From NCBI GenBank assembly GCA_001443525.1, contig LKPX01000006.1, forward strand, positions 47-64,046: 64,000 nt of DNA, read 5' to 3'. Position 1 is the first letter of the stretch; every line of letters begins with the position of its first letter. The translations under genes were made by a program, and so were the position numbers. This stretch comes from Desulfobacteraceae bacterium RAAP-1 (GTDB lineage: Bacteria; Desulfobacterota; Desulfobacteria; Desulfobacterales; Desulfatirhabdiaceae). This document shows, in pieces, positions 17,633 to 27,200 of the stretch. The notes beneath the pieces were generated by a model. It was not told the origin of the DNA. It was given only the letters and a program-made list of their open reading frames with translations, and ran no database searches.

Positions 17633-18526
17633 TTACCGTATATTCATGACATTTCGGCGCTTCAGCCGCACCCCGTTCATGACCCACTCCGCTGACAGCC
17701 GGATGATCCCCCCGGATATTTTTTTATTGAAACGCAGCGATGTCCACAAGGTGACCGGCAGCACCGCGACAACATGCCCCAGCGGACAGCGCTCCGGATG
17801 AAACCCTTTTTCTTCGGCCATGACACGGGCATAGCCCGCCACCCATCTGTCCGGCACATGCCCCAGTTTCTGCGCCAGCATGACCAGCATTTCCCGGTGC
17901 GCCGGCATCCGCATGGCCACGGTCTTGGTTTCCGGATGCACCCGCGACCCCGCCAGAATGAAGGGCAGACGGACAAAACAGACCCCACCCAGCGCCAGCC
18001 GCAGCCAGAATTCATAATCCATGCAGTAAATCAGCTTTTCATCCAGAAGTCCATATTTTTCAACAACCCTGCGCCTGAAGAAAACCGCGGGCTGGCACAG
18101 ATAGCAGATGTCACGGAGGCGGCGGACATTCCATGGTTCGGTGGGATAAAGGCCGATAACTTTATTACGGGGATCAATGAGACAGGCATCACCATACACG
18201 ATATCCGCCTCTGGATTTTTCTCAAAAAAATCCTCAACCCGGGCAAGCGCTCCGGGACAGTAGATGTCATCGGAATTGAGCCAGCCGATGATATCGCCGA
18301 CAGTGCGCGCAATCCCCTTGTTGACCGCATCCGCCTGCCCGTGGTCCTTTTCGGATATCCACTGAAACCTGCGCCGGTATCGTTCCAGGATATCGATGGT
18401 GTCATCTGAACTGCCGCCATCCACAACCATCAGCTCGACTGAAACGCCTTCCTGGGACAAGACACTGGCCAGTGTCCGCTCGATATAACGGCCCTGATTG
18501 AATGAAGGAATAATGACAGAGATCAT
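17633..18526 (-). CDS. Family 2 glycosyltransferase (GT-A fold)
   Basis: MISVIIPSFNQGRYIERTLASVLSQ...MVVDGGSSDDT...SEKDHGQADAVNKG. It is the first gene of the secretion operon, 12 nt upstream of gspE. Confidence 0.85.
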   Translation of the reverse strand: MISVIIPSFNQGRYIERTLASVLSQEGVSVELMVVDGGSSDDTIDILERYRRRFQWISEKDHGQADAVNKGIARTVGDIIGWLNSDDIYCPGALARVEDFFEKNPEADIVYGDACLIDPRNKVIGLYPTEPWNVRRLRDICYLCQPAVFFRRRVVEKYGLLDEKLIYCMDYEFWLRLALGGVCFVRLPFILAGSRVHPETKTVAMRMPAHREMLVMLAQKLGHVPDRWVAGYARVMAEEKGFHPERCPLGHVVAVLPVTLWTSLRFNKKISGGIIRLSAEWVMNGVRLKRRNVMNIR

Positions 18527-18570
18527 GTTGCTGAGGAAAACGAACTGGCAAAAATTTTCATGTTTCTAAG

Positions 18571-18600
18571 AGCATACACCACACGCGATAACGCGGTCAA
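18571..18600 (-). promoter_or_regulatory. Candidate sigma70-type promoter for the GT2/secretion operon
   Basis: On the minus strand: TTGACC (plus 18595-18600), an 18-nt spacer, then TATGCT (plus 18571-18576). This is a consensus match only. Confidence 0.3.
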
Positions 18601-18664
18601 TATCGATTTTGATCTGCAGATCCGCCATCATCATGGGCGTTGTCAAACAGATCGAATCAATTTT

Positions 18665-18788
18665 GACGGCTTCGTAAAAAGTCCGCATGCTGCGTTGCGC
18701 CGCATCCTTCGTCATTGCAGCGTACCACAAGTACGCTTCATTCCTCAGGATTTGCGCGCCTTGCCTGCGAACATTTTACAAAGCCGTC
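18665..18788. mobile_element. MITE/REP-like palindromic element, full-length copy 2
   Basis: GACGGCTTCGTAAAAAGTCCGCATGCTGCG...AGCGTACcacaaGTACGCT...CATTTTACAAAGCCGTC. It has 15-nt terminal inverted repeats, a central 7-bp stem, and lies in the divergent intergenic region. Confidence 0.85.
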
Positions 18789-18896
18789 TAAAAGCTGATT
18801 TTTGAAAAAACCGTTAATTTAATACCTTAGCGGAGTCCTGAAAGCGGTCATATTTTTATTGACAGATTCCGCCGATCAGGAATAAGACATCACGCG

Positions 18897-21758
18897 ATGT
18901 CGCTGACAACACCAGGGCATCGTACTGTTTGCCGTATCAAACAAGAAGGAACTCGCTGTTTGCTCACAATGATACCCCGCGACGCGCCAATGTCCATGCT
19001 GTTTACAGCAGATCCGGAGACGGCGGTTATCGTGCAGGAAAAATTGAGAAATCATTTCCCTCCGGTTTCTGAAAAAGAACTCGCGGTAATTGTCGATGAG
19101 ACCATCTGGGGATTGTCTCAGGAAACGGCCCTGGGCCATTCCGTTGCCGCCGGCCTTATCGAACTTGCCGGGAAGGTATCCGGCGATTTTCTTGAAATAT
19201 ACCGCGCCCGTGTCCATGAAGCCGGATCCCAAAGCGCATCTCTGGGCAGGATGATGGCGATCCATCTGGTCTCCGTTATCCGAACGGAAGACCGGAAGCT
19301 GATCGGGCAATTCATGGACACAACGAATGCCCTCCTGAAAATCGGCTCATATACCCTGCAAAGCCCGCTTGAAACCCTGTCCGCATTTCTGGAAACCGGG
19401 GATACGACGTCGGCTGCAGCGTTCATGAAGCTGCTGGCCCAGACCCTTTCTCCGGCGCTTTCCTACAATCAGTGCAAGCATCTCTGTCATATCCTTTCCA
19501 AAGCCGCGGCCTCGTTTCCTTTACCCCGAAGGTGTTTCCAGATTGAACAACTGACGCGGGTCGCCGTCACAGATCCGGCGCTGGTCGATATCTTCCTGGA
19601 CGGCATGGAGCGGGGGCTTGGCTTTTTAAACGCCAACGGCCTGAATGCCTTTGTAACCGACGGGTTAAACCGGTACCAGCAAAACCATTCTCTGGGAATG
19701 CAGTTTCTGTCGCTGGAATCCAGGCGCGCCCGGGATGCTGCTGACAGCCTTCAGACGGCTGTTGTCTTTTCACAGATGCGTCAGGAACTGAACCGTTACC
19801 TTCAGGCCAGAACCGGCGGCGGACTTTCCGTATCCTCCATGTCCGAATCGCCGCCTGCGGACAACCTTTTTTCCGGCACGGCGCCTCTGGTGTACTCACG
19901 GGGAAACCGCATCTGCCTGCCCGATGAACTGGAGCGTTTCAGCACAAAAATCGAAAATCGCTTTCTGTACAAATGCCTGACCCGGTTTGAAGCCTGCCAC
20001 CACGAATTCGGCAGCTATGATTTCGATATTGAAAAAGCGTTCGATATTTTTCAGAAAGATCGACAAAACGATATCACCGGGAAAAATACGGACAATGATT
20101 CTGAGCAGGCCGCCCGCGCACTTCCGGAATCCGGAACGGATCCGGATATCGATCGGTTTTACAAAATGTTCCCCGATTCCGGACTCGCTGCGGATTTATG
20201 GACCCTTTTTGAGGAAGGCCGGGTGCGGGTTATTTTGAAAAAACAATATCCCGGCATTGTTCATCAGGTACTCCCATGGCTCCTGAGAGAAGCGGCAACC
20301 CTGTATCCAGGGGGCGCCGGCCCGGTCGAATCGCTGTATCTGAAAATCGCTCTGGATGCCTCCGTAAAGACTCCCGGCTGTGAAGCTGTTATACAGGCAT
20401 TTGATCGAGCGATACATCCGCAATCCCGTGTGGAAGACAGCGCCGTGCTGGTCCTGAAAACGTACGCGGATATCGCCGCGCTTCTGAATACTGCTTCCGG
20501 ACAGACGTATCGCCGTCTGAAAACCCCTTTTGGCATCCGTCCCCGGTTCGATATGGCGCTGGACGCAGCGACTGAGTCCAGAACAATGGCTCTGAAAAAA
20601 AAGCTGTCCCAAAAAGGAATCCGCGTCTATACCTCTGATGTCCGCAAGCTGCTGAAGCAGCATGATGGCGACATCCGGCAAGAAGACATCCTCGATCTGA
20701 TTCGAAATTCAGGTCGTCCGGATGCCGCCGCAACTTCGGAAAGCGCCGTGGTGGATCTGTCCGGACTGGATTTGTCGGATGTGACCGCCGCATCAGGCGC
20801 CGCCATGCCGGATGCAGCGCCAGCCGCCTGGTATCGGGAATGGGACTGTATTCATGGAGATTATCTGGATCACTATACACGGGTGGCGGATCGCTGCGTG
20901 GAAGGCGCAGACACCCATTTTTACGAAAACGTTCTTCAGCAATACAAAGAGCTGGTCAGCCAGATCCGGTATGCTTTTGAGTTGATGAAGCCGGAGGGTC
21001 TGAAGATACTTCGCAATTGGACCGAAGGCGACGAACTGGACTACCGGGCGATGCTCGACTTTGTGCTGGACCGTAAATCCGGTCATATTCCGTCCGACCG
21101 GCTGTATATCAAGCGGCTCAAACAGGACCGGGACGTGGCCGCCCTGCTTCTCATGGACGTTTCCCGTTCCACCGGCAATTCTGTGGCCGGCAATTCTGTG
21201 GATGGATCGCTGCCGGATGGAGAAGAAACGGTGCTGCGTATCGAAAAAGAGGCGGCAACGCTGTTCTGTGAAGCCCTCCATATTCTCGGAGACCACTTTG
21301 CAGTGGCGGGTTTTTCCGGAAACGGACGCCTGTCTGTGGATTATTATCACATCAAGGATTTTGACGAATCTCTGAACGAAACGGTGCGCCGGCGCATCAG
21401 CGGACTGACGCCGCAGCGAAGCACCCGAATGGGCGCCGCCATCCGTCACGCCACTGCCTGTCTTAACGCCATGACGTCGAAAGTCAAACTCCTGATTCTG
21501 CTGGGAGACGGATTTCCCAATGATCTGGAGTACAAACAGGGCTACGCCATCGGAGATACCCGAAAAGCCATTGCCGAAGCCCTATCCCGCCATATCCACA
21601 CTTACGCCATCACCGTCAACATGGCCTATGACGCGCGTCTGGATGATCTTTATGGAAATGTCCATCACAGCGTACTCTCTGATGTCCGGGAACTGCCCTC
21701 CAGACTCTTGAGCATCTATAGCTCACTGACCCGAACGCATTCCCACGGAGCCGCCTGA
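18897..21758 (+). CDS. Large vWA-domain protein, NorD/CbbO-like (MoxR-ATPase adaptor family)
   Basis: C-terminal vWA domain with the MIDAS motif LLLMDVSRSTGN, then LLILLGDGFPND...GDTRKAI. The central region (ICLPDELERF...NRFLYKCLTRFEACHHEFGSYDF; DLWTLFEEGRVRVILKKQYPG) is typical of NorD/CbbO. The start is uncertain, with several in-frame ATGs between 18897 and 18998 and no clear RBS. Confidence 0.75.
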   Translation: MSLTTPGHRTVCRIKQEGTRCLLTMIPRDAPMSMLFTADPETAVIVQEKLRNHFPPVSEKELAVIVDETIWGLSQETALGHSVAAGLIELAGKVSGDFLEIYRARVHEAGSQSASLGRMMAIHLVSVIRTEDRKLIGQFMDTTNALLKIGSYTLQSPLETLSAFLETGDTTSAAAFMKLLAQTLSPALSYNQCKHLCHILSKAAASFPLPRRCFQIEQLTRVAVTDPALVDIFLDGMERGLGFLNANGLNAFVTDGLNRYQQNHSLGMQFLSLESRRARDAADSLQTAVVFSQMRQELNRYLQARTGGGLSVSSMSESPPADNLFSGTAPLVYSRGNRICLPDELERFSTKIENRFLYKCLTRFEACHHEFGSYDFDIEKAFDIFQKDRQNDITGKNTDNDSEQAARALPESGTDPDIDRFYKMFPDSGLAADLWTLFEEGRVRVILKKQYPGIVHQVLPWLLREAATLYPGGAGPVESLYLKIALDASVKTPGCEAVIQAFDRAIHPQSRVEDSAVLVLKTYADIAALLNTASGQTYRRLKTPFGIRPRFDMALDAATESRTMALKKKLSQKGIRVYTSDVRKLLKQHDGDIRQEDILDLIRNSGRPDAAATSESAVVDLSGLDLSDVTAASGAAMPDAAPAAWYREWDCIHGDYLDHYTRVADRCVEGADTHFYENVLQQYKELVSQIRYAFELMKPEGLKILRNWTEGDELDYRAMLDFVLDRKSGHIPSDRLYIKRLKQDRDVAALLLMDVSRSTGNSVAGNSVDGSLPDGEETVLRIEKEAATLFCEALHILGDHFAVAGFSGNGRLSVDYYHIKDFDESLNETVRRRISGLTPQRSTRMGAAIRHATACLNAMTSKVKLLILLGDGFPNDLEYKQGYAIGDTRKAIAEALSRHIHTYAITVNMAYDARLDDLYGNVHHSVLSDVRELPSRLLSIYSSLTRTHSHGAA

Positions 21759-21788
21759 TCCGAAAAGCCGTCTGAAAAATCGACTCTT

Positions 21789-21913
21789 GACGGCTTCGTA
21801 AAAGGTCCGCATGCTGCGTTGCGCCGCATCCTTCGTCATTGCAGCGTACCACAAGTACGCTTCATTCCCTGCGGATTTGCGCGCCTTGCCTGCGAACATT
21901 TTACGAAGTCGTC
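21789..21913. mobile_element. MITE/REP-like palindromic element, full-length copy 3 (same orientation as copy 2)
   Basis: Differs from copy 2 by a handful of substitutions and one indel, by my alignment. It begins 31 nt after the vWA gene stop. Confidence 0.85.
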
Positions 21914-22183
21914 ACTCTTTACGAAACCACAAAAAAATCTTGCCGAAAAGCGAAAATCCATATATGGGCTGAAAAGGCCGATATGAGAACAGTATCCGGA
22001 TTTTTTTGTCTGACGACCACCGGGCGTCCGCATCCGAGCCATTCCCGAAAGAGGCTCCCTTGCAGCAATATCCAGACAAATCGCCCGGTTCCGAAATTCA
22101 ATATGACAAGCCCATGCCTGAACAGAGCGCACCAGACGATGTGAATTTCAGCATTTATGAAGGGTTATCCCAAAGGAGGCTTT

Positions 22184-22688
22184 ATGACAGAAAACCAGAT
22201 GGCGGCGGAGCTTCGGACACACCTCTATACCTGTATGGTGCGGATACGCAAGTTTGAGGAAAAAATCGTGGCCCTTTGTCAGGAATCCGACCGGATGCCG
22301 GGGATGCAGATTCTGGCCAATGGCCAGGAAGCGGTTGCCACAGGCATTGTCTCAGCCCTTGAACCGGAGGATGTCATTGTCAGCAACCATCGCAGCCATG
22401 GTCATCTGCTGGCCAGAAACGCGGACATGAAGGCCCTGATGGCGGAAATCATGGCCAAAGCAACAGGCGTCAACGGAGGCAAGGCCGGAGCCCAGCCGCT
22501 TGAAGTGCATTGTGCAACCCGGCACATTTTCCAGCGGGCCGGCGGATATGACATGCCCGGTCAAGCGTGTCGGCGCACCCAAAATCCCCGTGCCCGTAGC
22601 CCCCTCTCTTGAAAAAGTCTTCAAGCCCGGTCCGGAAGACGTCATCCGGGCGGTTCGGGAGGCAATGACGCATGGTATTTCGGCGTAA
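22184..22688 (+). pseudogene. Deletion remnant: N-terminus of a TPP-dependent E1 alpha subunit (AcoA/PdhA-like) joined to the C-terminal tail of an E1 beta subunit
   Basis: AGGAGG precedes the ATG at 22184. MTENQMAAELRTHLYTCMVRIRKFEEKIVALCQE...ANGQEAVATGIVSALEPEDVIVSNHRSHGHLLARNADMKALMAEIMAKATGVNGGKAG matches E1 alpha up to the GKGGS region, then the match is lost. A different frame (22500-22688) encodes ...CPVKRVGAPKIPVPVAPSLEKVFKPGPEDVIRAVREAM, a typical E1 beta C-terminus. Confidence 0.7.
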
Positions 22689-23004
22689 GGCATATGAGAT
22701 TACATTATCCGGTTGCTGTACATCACTGAGAAACGGTTACCGGCTGACCAGGACAAGCAAAATCCGATCAGGAAAATATCCGGAAATCCGCCAGAAATAT
22801 ATTGCCGAGAAAGGAAAATCAGTATAAGAGAACAAACAGCGGTCGTCACGGCAGGTTTCATATCCATCACTCGCCAGCCATGATACAGACAGCGTCTGCT
22901 TCCAGTCCATAAAAACCCGTCGCCTGCCGGCTTGTGTTCCAGATTCGATTGCCGACAGATTACGATTCGTGATAGTTTAATGGCAACCAACGGAGATGTT
23001 ACCT

Positions 23005-24222
23005 ATGACGCGGATATTCCGTAATCCTTCGCGCTGTTTCACCTGGCTTTTTCCACTGTTGTTCTCTTTTTCAATGGTGATTTTTTCCGGCTGTAAAGAT
23101 CATGAGCAGACAGCAGCCCCCGCACCACATCCTCCGATGATATCCGCCGTTACGGTCACACCGCGCGATGTACCTGTTTCTTTCGAATACGTGGCCAACA
23201 CCCAAAGTTCTCATATGGTCAACATCAACGCGCGGGTCAGCGGTTTTCTGGATAAACGTGTATATACCGAAGGCTCTTTAGTCAAGGAAGGCCAGGTGTT
23301 GTTTCAGATGGATCCCAAGCCTTTTCAGGCCCAGCTTTCGCAGGCCGAGGCTGCATTATCGATGCAGAAGGCAAATCTGGAAACCGCGCGTTCGAATCTG
23401 ATCCGAATCAAACCTCTAACCGAACAAAACGCCTTGTCGCAGAAAGATCTGGACGACGCCAAAGGGCAGTTTGAATCGGCGTCCGCAGCTGTAGAGCAGG
23501 CCAAGGCGCAGGTGGAAACGGCGCGGCTCAATCTCTCCTATACCACGATCACATCCCCGGTTACCGGACTTGCCGCTGCAGCCATTCAGACCGACGGCAC
23601 CTATATCAGCGCTCAGAACAGTCAGCTGACAACCGTATCCGTACTGTCTCCGATATGGGTCAATTTCAGCATCTCCGAAAATGAAATGCAAACGTTTCAT
23701 AATCAAATAACTCAGGGGCTTATCATCCCTCCTCCACACCAGGATTATCTCGTTGACATCATTCTGGTGGACGGCTCCACTTTCCCATATACCGGCCGCA
23801 TCACATTCGCTGAGCCGTCCTACAACTCCCAGACCGGAACTTTTCTGTTACGGGTCAGCGTCAACAATCCCCAATATCACCTTCGGCCCAATCAGTTCGT
23901 ACGGGTGCGCCTCAAGGGCGCTATTCGCCCGAAGGCCATTTTGCTGCCCCAGCGTGCGGTGCAGCAGGGGGCCAAAGGGCATTTCGTCTGGGTTATCCGC
24001 AACAACAAGGCAGAAGCGCGGCCGGTAGTGGTAGGAGACTGGTTCGGTGACGACTGGTTCATATCAGAGGGGCTTCACGCCGGTGAGATGGTGGCCACCG
24101 ACGGTACGATGATGCTCAGGCCCGGTATGACGGTAGCGATCAAATCGGGTGACGCTCCGAAAACACCTCCGGAAAAAGGCGACAAGCCCTCTGACCCATC
24201 TTCAGCCAACGGCAAGAAATAA
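23005..24222 (+). CDS. RND efflux membrane fusion (periplasmic adaptor) lipoprotein
   Basis: Lipobox IFSGC. Typical HlyD/AcrA motifs are present (VSGFLDKRVYTEGSLVKEGQVLFQMDP; LNLSYTTITSPVTG). The start was moved to the ATG at 23005, 9 nt after GGAG. The ORF-track start at 22996 abuts the GGAG. Confidence 0.88.
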   Translation: MTRIFRNPSRCFTWLFPLLFSFSMVIFSGCKDHEQTAAPAPHPPMISAVTVTPRDVPVSFEYVANTQSSHMVNINARVSGFLDKRVYTEGSLVKEGQVLFQMDPKPFQAQLSQAEAALSMQKANLETARSNLIRIKPLTEQNALSQKDLDDAKGQFESASAAVEQAKAQVETARLNLSYTTITSPVTGLAAAAIQTDGTYISAQNSQLTTVSVLSPIWVNFSISENEMQTFHNQITQGLIIPPPHQDYLVDIILVDGSTFPYTGRITFAEPSYNSQTGTFLLRVSVNNPQYHLRPNQFVRVRLKGAIRPKAILLPQRAVQQGAKGHFVWVIRNNKAEARPVVVGDWFGDDWFISEGLHAGEMVATDGTMMLRPGMTVAIKSGDAPKTPPEKGDKPSDPSSANGKK

Positions 24223-24233
24223 AGGAGGCCACC

Positions 24234-27200
24234 ATGTTTTCGTCCTTCTTTATCAAAAGGCCGATTTTCGCAGCCGTCGTATCCATCATCATCGCCATCG
24301 CCGGATTTGTGGCGCTCAAGGCGCTGCCTGTCGAACAATACCCGCCCATCACGCCGGTGCAGGTCACGGTATCCGCCACCTATCCCGGCGCGGATTCCAA
24401 AACACTTGCCGACTCCGTTGCTGCGCCTATCGAGGCCCAGATCAACGGGGTGGACAACATGCTCTACATGACATCCTCGAGTTCTTCGAGCGGACTTCTG
24501 ACAATTACCATATATTTTGCGCTCAACACCAACCCGGATATTGCCCAGGTACAGGTGCAGAACCGCGTGAACCTCGCACTGCCCCAATTACCGGCGGCCG
24601 TATCGCAACAGGGAGTTTCGGTACAGAAAAAATCCTCATCCATTCTGATGCTGATCGGCATCACGTCAAAAGATAAACGCTACAGCTCGGACTACATCGC
24701 CAATTACGCCAACGTCTATGTGTTAGACGCCATAAAACGCGTTCCGGGCGCCGGAGAAGCCTCCATTCTGGGGGCTCCCGATCAGGCGATGCGCATCTGG
24801 ATGAATCCGGACAGAATGGCGTCGCTGGGCATCACGACCAGCGATATCCAGCAGGCCGTTTCCGCTCAGAACGCCCAGTTTGGCGCTGGCCAGATCGGTC
24901 AGGAACCCACATCACGTCCGGTTCAGATGACATTTCCCGTGGTGGCTCAGGGGCCGTTTACCGACCCATCCCGGTATGACGGCATCATCCTGCGCGCCAG
25001 CCAGAGCGGCGGCGCCATCGTACGGCTCAAAGACGTGGCCCAAACAAAAGTCGGCCTCCGGCAATACATCATAGACAGCCGGCTGAACAACATCCCGACC
25101 ACCTTCATCGCCGTATATCAGCAGGCTGGCGCCAACGGGCTGAAAGTGTCGGAAGATATCCGCAACACGCTGAAAGAGATGAAACCCCGTTTCCCGGACG
25201 GCATAGAATACATCGTCGCCCTCGACAGCACGGACTTCGTACGCGTATCGATCACAGAAGTTCAGCACACCCTGATCGAGGCGGTGATTCTGGTGATTCT
25301 GGTGGTGTTTCTCTTCCTGCAGAATTTCAGGGCTACCATTATCTGCTCTCTGGCTATTTTCGTCGCACTGATCGGCACGTTTCCCGGAATGCTCCTGCTG
25401 AAATTTTCCATCAACCAGTTGACGCTTTTCGGGCTGGTGCTGGCCATCGGTATCGTGGTGGACGACGCCATCGTTGTGGTCGAAAACGTCGAGCGCAACA
25501 TGAGCCAGTTTCATCTCCCGCCCAGGGAGGCGACGCTTCGGGCCATGAGCGAGGTCACCAGCCCCGTCATCGCCACCGTGCTGGTCATGGCTGCGGTCTT
25601 TGTATCCGCCGCATTTCTTCCGGGCACAACCGGTCAGCTTTACAAACAGTTCGCCATCACCATCGCCATATCGGTGGCAATTTCCGGGTTTGTCGCTCTG
25701 ACGTTGACGCCGGCCATGTGCAGCGTTATGCTGAAGCATTCCTCTCCGCCGCAGAAAGGGCCTTTCGCGTGGTTCAACCGCCTGTTCGACCGCTTCACCC
25801 AGGCGTTTGGCCGGGCTGTGACATTTGTCATCAAACGCATGGTCATCGCATTTATATTACTGGGGATCATGATCTGGGGCATTTTCCATCTGTTTAAAAC
25901 ACTGCCGACCAGTTTTGTCCCCAATGAAGACCAGGGATATATCATGGCCGCCATTTTGATGCCGGACGCCACCAGTCTCGATCGCACCGAAAAAGTGGCA
26001 GAGAAGGTGGATGCGGTTTTATCGAAAATTCCCGGCGTCGAATACCGTGACCAGTTTACAGGCTATAGCCTGCTGGACAACGGGATGAAAACCAATGAAG
26101 GCACCTTTTTCGTCATGCTGAAACCCTTTGAAGAGCGCTACGCGACAGCCGCAACTGCGCGCAGGGAAAGCTCTGATGCGGTATTGGCGGCGCTTCATAA
26201 GGGCGTAGCCACCATCGATCAGGGAATTGTGATCCCCATAGAGCCGCCGGCCATTCCAGGCATCGGCACAACCGGCGGATTTGAATTCTGGATCCAGGAT
26301 ATGGGTTCCGGAAACCCCACCCGGCTGGAGGAAATCACCCGGAATTTTCTCGATAAAGCCCGCAAGAGTCCAGAGCTTACCGGGTTGAGTTCACGCTTTC
26401 AGGCCTCTTCACAGCAACTCAAGGTGGAGGTCAACCGCGACAAGGCCAGCCTGCTCGGTGTGCCGATTCAGGATATCTACAGCGCCATCCAGGCGCAGTT
26501 CGGCTCACTGACCGTCAGCCAGTACAACGAATCCAGCCGGGTATGGTGGGTTATTTTACAGTCAGATCCCAAATTTCGTGAAAAACCTGAAGATCTCACC
26601 CGCCTTTACACGCGGTCGAATCAGGGACAGATGGTGCCGCTGTCATCCGTGGTTTCGACCCAATGGGTGACCGGCCCGGATCTGCTCACGCACTTCAACG
26701 GTTTTCCTGCAGCGCTTGTCAATGGCAGCGCCGCCGCAGGCTACAGTTCAGGTCAGGCAATTCATACCATGGAAGCCATCGCGCGCGAAGTGCTGCCTCA
26801 GGGATATACTTTTGCATGGTCAGGGCTGGCGTTCGAGGAAAAAAATTCCGGCGGCACATCCGCAACCGCTTTTGTGTTCGGCCTGATTTTCGTTTTCCTC
26901 ATTCTGGCGGCTCAGTATGAATCCTGGACGCTGCCGGGTTCGGTCATGACGGCGGTGCCGTTCGGTATTCTGGGAGCGCTTGTATTCAACTGGCTGCGGG
27001 GACTTGAAAACGACGTCTATTTTCAGATAGGGCTTCTGGTGCTTGTCGGCTTAGGAGCTAAAAATGCGCTGCTGCGCGTTACATTTGCGGTGGACCTGCG
27101 CAAACAGGGAAAATCGGCGATGGAGGCCACGATCGAGGCCGGAGAGCTGCGGCTGAGGCCGATTATCATGACATCACTGGCGTTTATTTTCGGCGTGCTG

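Noticed and set aside
22700-22990. 96-aa minus-strand ORF upstream of the RND operon (and the 83-aa ORF at 22006-22257)
   Set aside because: Neither has an RBS or a motif, the composition is odd, and both lie in regions better explained as promoter or decayed sequence. A small two-TM peptide cannot be excluded.
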